From assembly GCA_947305805.1 (NCBI GenBank), contig CAMZEM010000002.1, positions 220 to 64,219 on the forward strand: a stretch of 64,000 nt of DNA, read 5' to 3'. Positions 1-9,222 of the stretch are shown here, piece by piece (position 1 is the stretch's first letter; each line of letters begins with the position of its first letter). This stretch comes from an uncultured Clostridia bacterium (lineage in GTDB: Bacteria; Bacillota; Clostridia; Oscillospirales; UBA644). The translations under genes and the position numbers were made by a program. The notes under the pieces are model-generated. The model saw only the letters and a list, made by a program, of their open reading frames with translations. It ran no database searches and was not told the origin of the DNA.

Positions 1-668
1 ACAAATTCCGCGACGACGGCATGATGTTTGCTCCGTTTGCGGGCGAAAAGCTCAACGAAATGCTCGTTGAATTTTACAACAGAACGGGGAACGGCGATAT
101 TAACATAATAAGCGCATTCCGCGATATCGAAACTCAGCAGAGAATTTACAATTCAAGGCTTGAATATTATAACGGCAACGTTGAAACCACCGAAAAATGG
201 GTTGCCCTTCCCGGTGCGAGCGAACACCATACGGGGCTTGCGGTAGACTTCGGCATTTATACGTCGGACGGCGAGAGCTACGACTATGACGGAAAAGGCG
301 AATATGCCTGGATAAACGAAAACTGCTGGAAATACGGCTTTATCGTCCGTTACGATTCCGCAAAAACGGATATTACGGGCATTGCGTACGAACCGTGGCA
401 TTTCAGATATCTCGGTTTGCCGCATGCCGAAATAATATCGCATACGGATTTCTGTTATGAAGAATATATAGCTTACCTCAAAGCATATCCTCAAAACGGC
501 GAACATCTTTTCTTCACCTCGTATACAGGCGAGAAATACGAGATTTTCTTCGTCCGCAGCGAAGGCGAAAAAACGGAAATCAAAATTGAAAAAGGCGCGG
601 ATTACTTTATTTCGGGCAATAACGACGACGGATTTATAGTTACGGTGACGCTGCATGATAATTCGTAA
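1..668 (+). CDS. D-alanyl-D-alanine carboxypeptidase, VanY / peptidase M15B family (5' end probably outside window)
   Basis: ORF 21..668. The frame stays open back to base 3 (KFRDDG before the first Met). Blocks SAFRD..QQ, PGASEHHTGLAVDF and EPWHFRY match the Zn-ligand and active-site regions of VanY-type carboxypeptidases. Confidence 0.8.
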   Translation, partial: KFRDDGMMFAPFAGEKLNEMLVEFYNRTGNGDINIISAFRDIETQQRIYNSRLEYYNGNVETTEKWVALPGASEHHTGLAVDFGIYTSDGESYDYDGKGEYAWINENCWKYGFIVRYDSAKTDITGIAYEPWHFRYLGLPHAEIISHTDFCYEEYIAYLKAYPQNGEHLFFTSYTGEKYEIFFVRSEGEKTEIKIEKGADYFISGNNDDGFIVTVTLHDNS

Positions 669-1161
669 GGGCGAAAAAAGGGATATTGATCGGATCGTCT
701 CAATTTTAGATGCCGCGAAAAGATTTTTTCGGGAAAACGGGATAGATCAGTGGCAAAACGGAACCCCGAACAGGGAAACCGTTGAAAACGACATAAAAAA
801 CGGGGAGAGCTACGTTGCTGAAGAAAACGGCGAAATTCTTGCATGCGCCATGATTTCGCTGCGCGGAGAGCCGACGTACGCGAAAATCTATTCCGGCAAA
901 TGGCTGAGCAGTCTGCCTTACGGCGTTATTCACCGCGTAGCGGTGCGTCCCGACGTGAAAAAAAGCGGAATTGCCACGGCGCTCGTTAAAGAGGCGGAAA
1001 GAATAACGCTGAACGCAGGGTATTCGTCGCTCAGAATAGATACGCACCGCGACAATACTCCGATGCGGAAAATGATAGAGAAAAACGGGTTCGTTTTCTG
1101 CGGCGGAATTTTCCTTGCCGACGGTTCGCCGAGGATGGCGTTTGAAAAAATACTTAAATAA
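655..1161 (+). CDS. GNAT family N-acetyltransferase
   Basis: 168 aa. HRVAVRPDVKKSGIATALV..A is an acetyl-CoA binding motif A-like block (Q/R-x-x-G-x-A). Overlaps the upstream stop by 14 nt. Confidence 0.8.
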   Translation: MIIRKGEKRDIDRIVSILDAAKRFFRENGIDQWQNGTPNRETVENDIKNGESYVAEENGEILACAMISLRGEPTYAKIYSGKWLSSLPYGVIHRVAVRPDVKKSGIATALVKEAERITLNAGYSSLRIDTHRDNTPMRKMIEKNGFVFCGGIFLADGSPRMAFEKILK

Positions 1162-1251
1162 AATCGGTTGCCCGCATCAAAAAAAGGTTGACCTGCGGGC
1201 AACATTAGTTTATAATATAATTCATAATAAATACAGTCAGGAGAAAAAACC

Positions 1252-2295
1252 ATGTATAAGTATATGTCCGATATTCCCGAAAAATGCCTTGAATTCAAAC
1301 CGAGATCGTATGTCTGCCACCGCGCAACGCTTCCGCCGCAGATAGACGGCAGACTTGACAAGCCTTTCTGGGACGCCGCCGAGTGGAGCGAGGAGTTTGA
1401 GGATATAGAATGGAATTCCGTCCGTCCCGCGCCGTATCACAGAACACGCATGAAAATGCTTTGGGACGACAACGCCCTTTATATCGGCGCATATCTTGAA
1501 GAAGATAAGATATGGGGTACTTTAACCGAGCGCGACTGCGTTATTTTCAACGATAACGATTTTGAGATTTTTATAGACCCCGACAGCGATACCCACGCGT
1601 ATTTCGAATTTGAGATGAACGCGCTTAACACGATCTGGGACCTTCTTCTCGTAAAACCGTACAGAGATGAGAGAAACAAGGTTTTCAACGGTCTTGACAT
1701 TCACGGAATAAAAACCGCCGTTCATATAGACGGCGTAATAAACGACCCGACTAAAATTCCCGAAAACAGGGGCTGGTCCGTTGAGGTAATGATGCCGTGG
1801 ACAACTCTCAAAGAGGGCAATTACAATAAAATACCCGTTCCAGGAGATTACTGGAGAATAGATTTTTCTCGCGTTGAGTGGCGCACCGAAGTTAAAGACG
1901 GCAAATACTCCAAGGTAATCAATCCCGCAACGGGAATACGCTATCCCGAAGATAACTGGATCTGGTCTCCGATAGGTCTTGTAAATATGCATATGCCCGA
2001 ACTCTGGGGATTTCTGTGGTTTACGGACGGAAAGATTGGCGAAAAGAATTTCGTAATTCCCGAAAACGAATATCTTAAATGGGAACTCCGCAAGCTGTAT
2101 TATATGGAAAGAAACTATTACGCAAAACACGGCAGATTCTGCGCGGATTTCAAAGAGCTCTGCGGCGACGAAACACCCGCCATCAACCCCGTTATAGAAA
2201 CCACAAGCCACACCTACGAGGCGTATATCCCCGCTGCGGAAGGCGGCAGAGTATATATAAGACACGACGGTCTTGTATATGTTTCGGATAAATAA
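1252..2295 (+). CDS. carbohydrate-binding family 9-like protein (no signal peptide)
   Basis: 347 aa. IDGRLDKPFWDAAEW...LWDDNALYIGA resembles the CBM9/DOMON-like sugar-binding fold. The N-terminus is not hydrophobic. Confidence 0.55.
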   Translation: MYKYMSDIPEKCLEFKPRSYVCHRATLPPQIDGRLDKPFWDAAEWSEEFEDIEWNSVRPAPYHRTRMKMLWDDNALYIGAYLEEDKIWGTLTERDCVIFNDNDFEIFIDPDSDTHAYFEFEMNALNTIWDLLLVKPYRDERNKVFNGLDIHGIKTAVHIDGVINDPTKIPENRGWSVEVMMPWTTLKEGNYNKIPVPGDYWRIDFSRVEWRTEVKDGKYSKVINPATGIRYPEDNWIWSPIGLVNMHMPELWGFLWFTDGKIGEKNFVIPENEYLKWELRKLYYMERNYYAKHGRFCADFKELCGDETPAINPVIETTSHTYEAYIPAAEGGRVYIRHDGLVYVSDK

Positions 2296-2327
2296 CTCAT
2301 TTTTACGGTTACGGAAGGAATAAGAAA

Positions 2328-4901
2328 ATGATTGTTTTTACAAACGAACAGAAACAGCGGATTGACGACGCGTATGCTGTTGCCGAAAAATATGCCGGCG
2401 GCAGAAGATACGATATCTGCGAAGATCTCGGCAGATGCGAAAACGAAACGGAAGAATACTGCTTTAAATTCCTTGTTGCGTATCTTCCCATGACCGATAT
2501 CACAAACTGGACGGGCGAGCTTTTTTACAACCACGTCCACACGTGTCTGCAAAATTTCGAAAAAGTCTCCTGGAGCAGCGGAATAGATACCGAAACATTT
2601 CTCAACTTCGTTTTGATGATGCGTGTAAACAACGAGAATCTCGAGCATTACAACGCCGTTATTTTCAATGAAGTGTGGCCGAGAATAAAAGACCTCACAA
2701 TAGGCGAGGCGGCTATTGAAATAAACCTCTGGTGCTTTGAAAAAGCCACGTATGCCTCAACGGATATAAGAACGGTATCACCGCTTACCATGATGAGAAA
2801 CACAAACGGAAGATGCGGCGAAGAGTCAACGTTTTTAACTTCCGCCCTCCGTTCGTGCTGCATTCCCGCAAGACAGTGCTATACTCCGCGCTGGGCGGCT
2901 TCAGAGAGCAACCATGCGTGGGTGGAAGTGCTTGTAGACGGAAAATGGTGTTACATCGGTGCCTGCGAGCCCGACGCATTTTTAAACAGCGGCTGGTTCC
3001 GTATGCCCGCATCGCGAGCAATGCTTACGAATACCCGCGTTTTTTCGGGATTTATGCCCGCAGACGCGAAATTCGTTGCAACTTCCGAGAAAATAAAAGA
3101 ACTCAACACTCTCGATATTTACGCTCAGACCCGCGATATCTCCTGCACCGTGCTCGAAAACGGCGCGCCGAAAAAAGACGTCCGCGTTGAAATGGCGCTT
3201 ATTAATTTCGGAGAACTTTTCGACTTTTCGGACAGTCTTACCGATGAAAACGGAAAAACGTATTTCCGCACGGGTTACGGCGACCTTTTTATTACCGCAA
3301 CGAAGGACGATAAGATTCTTTACGGCAAAATAGACGTCAGAGAAACCGACAACGTTACTCTCAACTGGGAAAACGCGGCTTATTTTGAAGGACTGCCCGC
3401 GGAATTCGATTTTGATATTATTCCTCCCGCGCAAAAAGAGCTTCCCGAAATAAAGCGGCCCGACAATGCAAAAGAAATAGTCGAAGCTTTCTCTCTCCGT
3501 CAGAAAAAAGCGGAAAAAATACGCATAGACTATAAAAATACGTTCTTTAACGAAAACAGCGATTCGCCGCTTTTCAAAAAATATCCCGAATATGCGGCAG
3601 ATATAAAGCAGTTTCTTATCGATGCGCAGGGAAATGCCGCAAAAATCGAGGCGTTTATCGACGATCCGAAAAATATTGCCGATAAATGCGCATTTTTAAA
3701 GAGTCTGAGCCGCAAGGACTTCGGCGATGCGGACAATATCATTCTGGAAAAGCAGTTTGCACATCAGATTAAATATGCCGAACAGTTTGCCGATAACAGA
3801 CTTACTTTTGAAAGATTCGTTCTTCCCATACGCATAGCGAACGAGTGGCTTTCCGCATGGGGCGCTCCGATCGAAGCATTTTTCGACTGCGATACAAAGG
3901 CGGCATTCAGAGCCGATCCGTCGCAGATTCACAAATACGTTGAAAAAGAGATAGAAGACAGCAAAGATTACGACTATGAGTCTCTCGTTGCAATGCCTTA
4001 CAATCTTCTTTTAACAAAACGCGGCTCGCAGTTTTCAAAGTCCGTGCTTGAAACGGCAATCTGCCGAAGCCTCGGTATTCCCGCAAGAACATCGTTTACG
4101 GGCGAAGTTGAATACTGGAAAGACGGCGAATGGTTCAGCATGCGCGGCGTAGCTCTCAGCGCAGAGCGTTCCGCAACGCTTATCCCCGAATTTACCGGAG
4201 CGGAAGACGCCCACAGACACGCAAATCTCGAACGCTACGAAAACGGCGAATTTATACCCGTTCCGCTTTACAGACGCAGAAGAGGCGGCGACGAAAACGC
4301 TCCCGAGGAGGGTATTCCCCTTGTACCGGGTAAATACAGAATGATGACGAATTTCCGCATCAAAAACGGCGGAATTCAGGCAAAAATGTATCACTTCACG
4401 CTTGCTGACGGCGAAAAGCTCAAAGCCGAATTTGTAGTTCGCGGCACGGAACCCGCCGAAAAAGGCGAAAAGAAAAAGATTTTTGATGCGGAAATCAAAG
4501 ACGCAAACGGTAACGCGCACAAACTGTCCTCCCTTGTAAAAGAAGGAACAACGGTATTTGCATGGCTGGGCGTTCGCGAAGAGCCGACGGAGCATCTTTT
4601 CAATGAAATGCTTTCCGTAACCGATGCGTATAAACCGCTTGCGGACAGAGTATATTTCATCGTTAAAAACGACGGCGATCTGTCTCACGTAACTCTTAAA
4701 AAGCTCCTCGCCCGTCTGCCCGAAATTAATATTTATTATTTCGATTCTGTGCCCGAAGAAGTTTATGAATCGCTTGCAACAAAAGATAAGCGCCTTCCCC
4801 TTGCGGTTGCTGCAGACGGCGAACTTAACGTTTCCGTGATTTCCACGGGATACAATATCGGCAGCGCGGATCAGCTGCTTGCCGCGCTTGAAAACAAATA
4901 A
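2328..4901 (+). CDS. transglutaminase-like domain protein
   Basis: 857 aa. The RCGEESTFLTSALRSCCIPARQCYTPRWAASESNHAWVEVLVDGKWCYIGACEP block has the Cys...His...(Asp/Glu) transglutaminase-core layout. A second degenerate copy lies near ICRSLGIPART...YWKDGEW. Confidence 0.7.
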   Translation: MIVFTNEQKQRIDDAYAVAEKYAGGRRYDICEDLGRCENETEEYCFKFLVAYLPMTDITNWTGELFYNHVHTCLQNFEKVSWSSGIDTETFLNFVLMMRVNNENLEHYNAVIFNEVWPRIKDLTIGEAAIEINLWCFEKATYASTDIRTVSPLTMMRNTNGRCGEESTFLTSALRSCCIPARQCYTPRWAASESNHAWVEVLVDGKWCYIGACEPDAFLNSGWFRMPASRAMLTNTRVFSGFMPADAKFVATSEKIKELNTLDIYAQTRDISCTVLENGAPKKDVRVEMALINFGELFDFSDSLTDENGKTYFRTGYGDLFITATKDDKILYGKIDVRETDNVTLNWENAAYFEGLPAEFDFDIIPPAQKELPEIKRPDNAKEIVEAFSLRQKKAEKIRIDYKNTFFNENSDSPLFKKYPEYAADIKQFLIDAQGNAAKIEAFIDDPKNIADKCAFLKSLSRKDFGDADNIILEKQFAHQIKYAEQFADNRLTFERFVLPIRIANEWLSAWGAPIEAFFDCDTKAAFRADPSQIHKYVEKEIEDSKDYDYESLVAMPYNLLLTKRGSQFSKSVLETAICRSLGIPARTSFTGEVEYWKDGEWFSMRGVALSAERSATLIPEFTGAEDAHRHANLERYENGEFIPVPLYRRRRGGDENAPEEGIPLVPGKYRMMTNFRIKNGGIQAKMYHFTLADGEKLKAEFVVRGTEPAEKGEKKKIFDAEIKDANGNAHKLSSLVKEGTTVFAWLGVREEPTEHLFNEMLSVTDAYKPLADRVYFIVKNDGDLSHVTLKKLLARLPEINIYYFDSVPEEVYESLATKDKRLPLAVAADGELNVSVISTGYNIGSADQLLAALENK

Positions 4902-4931
4902 ACGGAAAAAAATACAACGGGAGGTTTTAAA

Positions 4932-5573
4932 ATGGCGGAATTATTCTCAATAACGATTGCCAGACAGTGCGGAAGCCACGGCAGATCGGTTGCAAAAAGA
5001 ATTGCCGAAAAACTCGGTATTGATTATTACGACAGGGAGCTTATTTCCCTTGCGGCAAAGAAGAGCGGAATGAATCAGAAAATTTTCGAAGATTTTGACG
5101 AAAAGCCCACTAATTCGCTTCTTTACTCGCTTGCCATGGGCGCATACGCCATGGACGGTCAGTACGTTTACTGGGGCGACTCCGCCGTACCTCTTTCCGA
5201 TAAGGTATACAATATTCAATCCGATCTCATCCGCAGCATAGCGGCGGAAAAATCATGCGTTTTTCTCGGCAGATGCGCGGACTATGCGCTGAGGGACAGT
5301 TACAGAAGCATTCACGTAATGGTGACAGACCTTTTGCAGAACCGCATAGATAACTATATGATAGAAAACGACATTTCAGACCGCAAAAAGGCGGAGGACG
5401 AAGTTGTTAAAATAGACAAAAAGCGCGCAAACTACTACAGCTTCCATACAAACAAATCATGGGACAGCGCAGACAGCTTCGATCTTTGCGTCCGCACAAG
5501 CATACTCGGCGTAAACGGCACCGCGGATATGATAATCGCTTTTGCCGAAAAAAAGCTCGGAAAGCTTATCTGA
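4932..5573 (+). CDS. cytidylate kinase-like family protein (P-loop NTPase)
   Basis: 213 aa. ITIARQCGSHGRSVAKRIAEKLGIDYYDRELI is the degenerate P-loop N-terminus typical of the cytidylate-kinase-like family. Confidence 0.65.
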   Translation: MAELFSITIARQCGSHGRSVAKRIAEKLGIDYYDRELISLAAKKSGMNQKIFEDFDEKPTNSLLYSLAMGAYAMDGQYVYWGDSAVPLSDKVYNIQSDLIRSIAAEKSCVFLGRCADYALRDSYRSIHVMVTDLLQNRIDNYMIENDISDRKKAEDEVVKIDKKRANYYSFHTNKSWDSADSFDLCVRTSILGVNGTADMIIAFAEKKLGKLI

Positions 5574-5574
5574 T

Positions 5575-5997
5575 ATGAAATGCGCCTATCAGAACTGCCG
5601 CGGCGAGACGGATAAATACGCCACGCTTGAAAGCGACGACGGAAACGGAAACATACGCAAAGAGACGGTCCCTGTCTGCGACGGATGTGTTGCCGTGTAT
5701 CTTACCGCGCTAAGCGAAAAATACAAATCGCTCAGAAAAGTATGCGTTTCTATTCTCGGTTACGGACTTGCGGCGCTTATTCTGCCCGCGCTGATATTCG
5801 AAATAATGCGCGTTCCGGCATATATCCTATGTCCGCTGATTGCCGCGGTGTTTATCCCGCTTACAGTGGTTTTCAGACGGAAAGAGATTGAATGCGGCAA
5901 CGACCTTATAGACGGAAATCTCGAAAAATACAGACCGAAAGCTGCGCTTGCGGCCCTTGAGGAAGAAAACGGAATAACGTATTCGATTCCGAAATAA
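5575..5997 (+). CDS. hypothetical membrane protein with N-terminal Cys-pair (zinc-ribbon-like) region
   Basis: Listed ORF is 5542..5997. I prefer the ATG at 5575, two nt after the upstream TGA. CxxC...CxxC (CAYQNC..CDGC) is followed by two hydrophobic helices. No family recognised. Confidence 0.45.
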   Translation: MKCAYQNCRGETDKYATLESDDGNGNIRKETVPVCDGCVAVYLTALSEKYKSLRKVCVSILGYGLAALILPALIFEIMRVPAYILCPLIAAVFIPLTVVFRRKEIECGNDLIDGNLEKYRPKAALAALEEENGITYSIPK

Positions 5998-6003
5998 AAA
6001 ATA

Positions 6004-6043
6004 CCGGCTGAAACATCTTTGCTTCAGCCGGTTTTAATTTTTT
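6004..6043. terminator. bidirectional intrinsic terminator between convergent genes
   Basis: Stem ccggctgaa / ttcagccgg (6004-6012 / 6023-6031). A T-run follows on the + strand and an A-run precedes it, giving a T-run on the - strand. Confidence 0.7.
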
Positions 6044-6077
6044 ATACTAAAACAGCACTCCGTTATATTTTATCTGT

Positions 6078-6239
6078 TTATTCTTCTTTGCTGAAATCGT
6101 CTTTTCCCACGCCGCAGACGGGGCATGCAAAATCTTCCGGAAGATCTTCGAATTTCGTTCCCGGTTCTATGCCGTTATCGGGATCGCCGAGCGCCTCGTC
6201 GTATTCCCAGCCGCATACGCTGCAAACATATTTTGCCAT
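6078..6239 (-). CDS. rubredoxin
   Basis: Absent from the ORF track (53 aa). My translation is [53 protein letters not shown], with the two CxxCG knuckles and W/Y/F core of rubredoxin. AGGAGG lies 8 nt upstream. Confidence 0.9.
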   Translation of the reverse strand: MAKYVCSVCGWEYDEALGDPDNGIEPGTKFEDLPEDFACPVCGVGKDDFSKEE

Positions 6240-6258
6240 TTTTATTCCTCCTTATATG

Positions 6259-8049
6259 TTACTTTATTTCTTCAAAATCCGCCGCGCCGTGTTTGCACAA
6301 AGGACATACAAAATCGTCGGGCAGTTTATCGCCTTCGTAAACGTAGCCGCATACCTTGCAAACGTAACCTTTCTTTCCTTCCGTTTGCGGTTTCGGTTTT
6401 ACGTTGTTCTGATAATACGTATACGTCATTGTTTCGCTGTCGGATATAACTCTCGCTTCCGTAACAGCGCAGATAAACATTCCGTGAGTGTCGAGATCGA
6501 CGTACTGCTCAACTTTAAGGGACATAAACGCGTTTATGTATCTTTTCAGGAAAATCAGTCCGTTATCCGAGCGCAGCGGGTCGCAGTCTGCAAATTTATC
6601 AACGTTTCTTCCGCTTGAAAAGCCGAATTTTTTGAAAATCGAAAACGGAGCATCGGTTGAAAGACAGTTAACGTTCATAATACCCGTCTGTTTGATAATA
6701 TGATGCGAGTAATTCTGCTTGTTTACCGTTACGGCTATTCTGTTGGGCGTATTCGTTACCTGCGATACGGTGTTTACGATAAGTCCGTTATCTTTCTTTC
6801 CGTCGTTTGAAGTAACAACGTAAAGTCCGTAACCTATTTTGAAAAGCGCCGTTAAATCGTTTTTATTCGCCGTTTCTTCCTGACGCGCAAGATAGTCTTT
6901 GCAAAGCTCTTTTGCAAGTTCGTCGGTCTTTTTATTAGTTTCGTCGTTTGGGGAGGAGAGGATAGTTACGGAGTTTTCGGCAAATGTGAGATTTCTGCAC
7001 GGTTCGAGCAGATTTTTCATAACTTTTAACGCCATCGGCGCCCACGAACCGTTTTCTATAAGCGCAACGGTTCTGTTTTTAAAGCCGCGCTCGCAAAGGC
7101 CGGAAATAAACTCGCGCATATAGGGGAATATTTCCGCATTGTATGTTGTTGTGGCAAGAACGAGCTTGCTGTATCTGAAAGCGTCCGCTACCGCCTTAGA
7201 CATATCGCATCTTGCCAGGTCGTAAACCGTTACGGAAGGACAGCCGTTTTCGCGGAGTTTTTCGGCAAGACGTGATACAACTTTTTTCGTATTGCCGTAA
7301 ACGGACGTGTATGCTACAACAATGCCCTCTTTTTCGGGACGGTAGCCCGACCAGGTATCGTAAAGGTTTACATATTTTTCAAGATTTTCGGAAAGAACGG
7401 GGCCGTGACGCGGACAGATCTTTTTAATAACGAGTCCTCCCGCTTTTTTGAGAAGAGACTGAACCTGCGCGCCGTATTTACCTACTATTCCTATATAATA
7501 TCTGCATGCCTCGTCGTCCCACGGCTCGTTTGCGTTTAAATCGCCGAATTTTCCGAATGCGTCGGCGGAAAAGAGAACTTTGTCCGTGCCGTCGTAAGTA
7601 AGCATTACCTCAGGCCAGTGAACCATGGGCGCGGTAACGAAGGTGAGGTTGTGCTTTCCGAGCGACAGTGTGTTCATATCGCCTACGATTATCTGTCTGT
7701 CCTCAAAACCGTTTCCGAAAAAGTTTTTCATCATTGCAAACGCCTTTGCGGTGGCAACAACGGTTGTATCGGGATACACTTTAAGAAAATTTACTATATT
7801 TGCGGAATGGTCCGGCTCCATATGCTGGATAATCAGATATTTCGGCTTTTTTCCGTCAAGAACGGACTGGATATTATCGAGCCACTCGTGGGTGAAGGCG
7901 GCGTCAACGGTATCCATTACTGCGATTTCGTCGTCTAAAATCACGTATGAGTTATACGAAATACCGTTAGGTATCAGGTAATGTCCTTCAAAAAGATCGG
8001 TTTTTCTGTCGTTTACGCCAACGTATTTTATATCGTCTGAAATAATCAA
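6259..8049 (-). CDS. flavodiiron protein (FprA-type) fused to flavin-reductase-like and rubredoxin domains
   Basis: 596 aa. N-terminal metallo-beta-lactamase-like domain has the diiron motif HMEPDH, followed by a flavodoxin-like domain (VVAYTSVYGNT). Next comes an FMN split-barrel flavin-reductase-like segment (GLYVVTSNDGKKDNGLIVNTVSQV). A C-terminal rubredoxin (CKVCGYVYEG...CPLCKHG) ends the protein. Confidence 0.85.
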   Translation of the reverse strand: MIISDDIKYVGVNDRKTDLFEGHYLIPNGISYNSYVILDDEIAVMDTVDAAFTHEWLDNIQSVLDGKKPKYLIIQHMEPDHSANIVNFLKVYPDTTVVATAKAFAMMKNFFGNGFEDRQIIVGDMNTLSLGKHNLTFVTAPMVHWPEVMLTYDGTDKVLFSADAFGKFGDLNANEPWDDEACRYYIGIVGKYGAQVQSLLKKAGGLVIKKICPRHGPVLSENLEKYVNLYDTWSGYRPEKEGIVVAYTSVYGNTKKVVSRLAEKLRENGCPSVTVYDLARCDMSKAVADAFRYSKLVLATTTYNAEIFPYMREFISGLCERGFKNRTVALIENGSWAPMALKVMKNLLEPCRNLTFAENSVTILSSPNDETNKKTDELAKELCKDYLARQEETANKNDLTALFKIGYGLYVVTSNDGKKDNGLIVNTVSQVTNTPNRIAVTVNKQNYSHHIIKQTGIMNVNCLSTDAPFSIFKKFGFSSGRNVDKFADCDPLRSDNGLIFLKRYINAFMSLKVEQYVDLDTHGMFICAVTEARVISDSETMTYTYYQNNVKPKPQTEGKKGYVCKVCGYVYEGDKLPDDFVCPLCKHGAADFEEIK

Positions 8050-8076
8050 GATTCTGTCCTCCGTTTTATATGAGTT

Positions 8077-8122
8077 ATAAAAAGCCCGAAAGCGAAAACG
8101 CGTATGCGAAGGGCTTTCGGGC
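8077..8122 (-). terminator. intrinsic terminator after the 88-aa gene
   Basis: Stem gcccgaaagc / gctttcgggc (8084-8093 / 8113-8122), followed on the - strand by TTTTTATAA. Confidence 0.65.
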
Positions 8123-8133
8123 GGCTTTTCGGT

Positions 8134-8400
8134 TTATTTTTCAAACGTCAGGCGGATTTTGGGAAGTTCGCTTGCCTTATCCTCGAAAAATTCCTTTATC
8201 TTATCCGAATTTTTGTATATAACGTAGCCGCATGCCACCGCCGCGCCTATGCATATTATGTTGCGTATCATTTTTCTGCGGCGTTTTTTCAGTTCTTTCT
8301 GAACTTTCTCTTCAACGGCGGTTTTTACCGCCTCTTTTATCTTTGCTTTCGTTCCGTCTCCGAAATTTACAAGCAATTCGTCTATTTTGCTGTTTACCAT
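8134..8400 (-). CDS. hypothetical small membrane protein
   Basis: 88 aa. Charged helix, one TM segment (IICIGAAVACGYVIY) and a charged tail. Good SD (AAAGGAG) and its own consensus promoter. Confidence 0.5.
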   Translation of the reverse strand: MVNSKIDELLVNFGDGTKAKIKEAVKTAVEEKVQKELKKRRRKMIRNIICIGAAVACGYVIYKNSDKIKEFFEDKASELPKIRLTFEK

Positions 8401-8434
8401 GGTTATACTCCTTTGTATAATCTTTTCTTATTTA

Positions 8435-8463
8435 ATTATAACTGTAAATTTATATAATGTCAA
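8435..8463 (-). promoter_or_regulatory. sigma-70-type promoter, TTGACA-17-TATAAT
   Basis: On the - strand TTGACA is at 8463-8458, the spacer is 17 nt and TATAAT is at 8440-8435, about 35 nt upstream of the 88-aa ORF start. Confidence 0.6.
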
Positions 8464-8487
8464 GGGGAAAATCCGTTCTTTTTTATA

Positions 8488-9213
8488 TTAAAACTTCGCG
8501 CTCTCCGCAATTTCAATCCATCTTTTCGCCATCAGTCTGTGGCCGACAAACGTCGGGTGGATATTATCCCATACAAGATATGAAGGATGAACTTTTTTTG
8601 CCGCTTCGTCAAAAAGCGACTGAAACGGTACGAATACCGCGCCGTTTTTTTTTGCGAGCGCGGGCAGGGCCGCGCTTATTGCGTCAAGCTTTTCCCTGTA
8701 TTTTTTCATAACCTCTTCGGTATGGTTTTTGTTTCCGAATACAAAGTCCTGCTCACAGACGGGATGCGGGAAAAATTCATACTGATTTTCACGGTTTTTC
8801 GCATCGAGATAAAACGGCTCGCAGATAAAGAATTTAACGTCTGGCAGCGCAGCGAACGTTCTGCTTAAAATCGATTCCGCGGCGGAAATATAATTTTTTG
8901 TAAATATATCGGTGCTTTCGTCAAGCGATCTTGCAACGTCGTTTATGCCGGCAAGAAGACTTATCAGCGCAGGGCGGTAAAAAAGCGCGTCCATTTCCCA
9001 GTCTTCGCATATTTGCGCCATCGTTTTGCCCGAAACGCCCTTGTTATAAAATTTCGGCATGCTTTCAATATTGTTTTCGGCAAGATATCCGCATACGATT
9101 TCCTGATATCCGTGACCGAGAATATGGTTCCCGTCCATGCAGTTGCCTCTGCCGCCGTGTGTGATTGAGTCGCCCGTAAACAAAACGGTGTCTCCGCTTT
9201 TCAGTGTAATCAT
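8488..9213 (-). CDS. SGNH/GDSL hydrolase family protein
   Basis: 241 aa. Block I VLFTGDSITHGG (GDS), and a later DNIHPT resembling block V (DxxH). Confidence 0.8.
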   Translation of the reverse strand: MITLKSGDTVLFTGDSITHGGRGNCMDGNHILGHGYQEIVCGYLAENNIESMPKFYNKGVSGKTMAQICEDWEMDALFYRPALISLLAGINDVARSLDESTDIFTKNYISAAESILSRTFAALPDVKFFICEPFYLDAKNRENQYEFFPHPVCEQDFVFGNKNHTEEVMKKYREKLDAISAALPALAKKNGAVFVPFQSLFDEAAKKVHPSYLVWDNIHPTFVGHRLMAKRWIEIAESAKF

Positions 9214-9222
9214 TTTTTTCTC

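Noticed and set aside
6019-6618. 199-aa plus-strand ORF spanning the rubredoxin gene and the 3' end of the flavodiiron gene
   Set aside because: It is antisense to two genes with clear family signatures. It has a low-complexity Ser/Pro/Phe-rich translation and no SD. It is typical shadow ORF noise.
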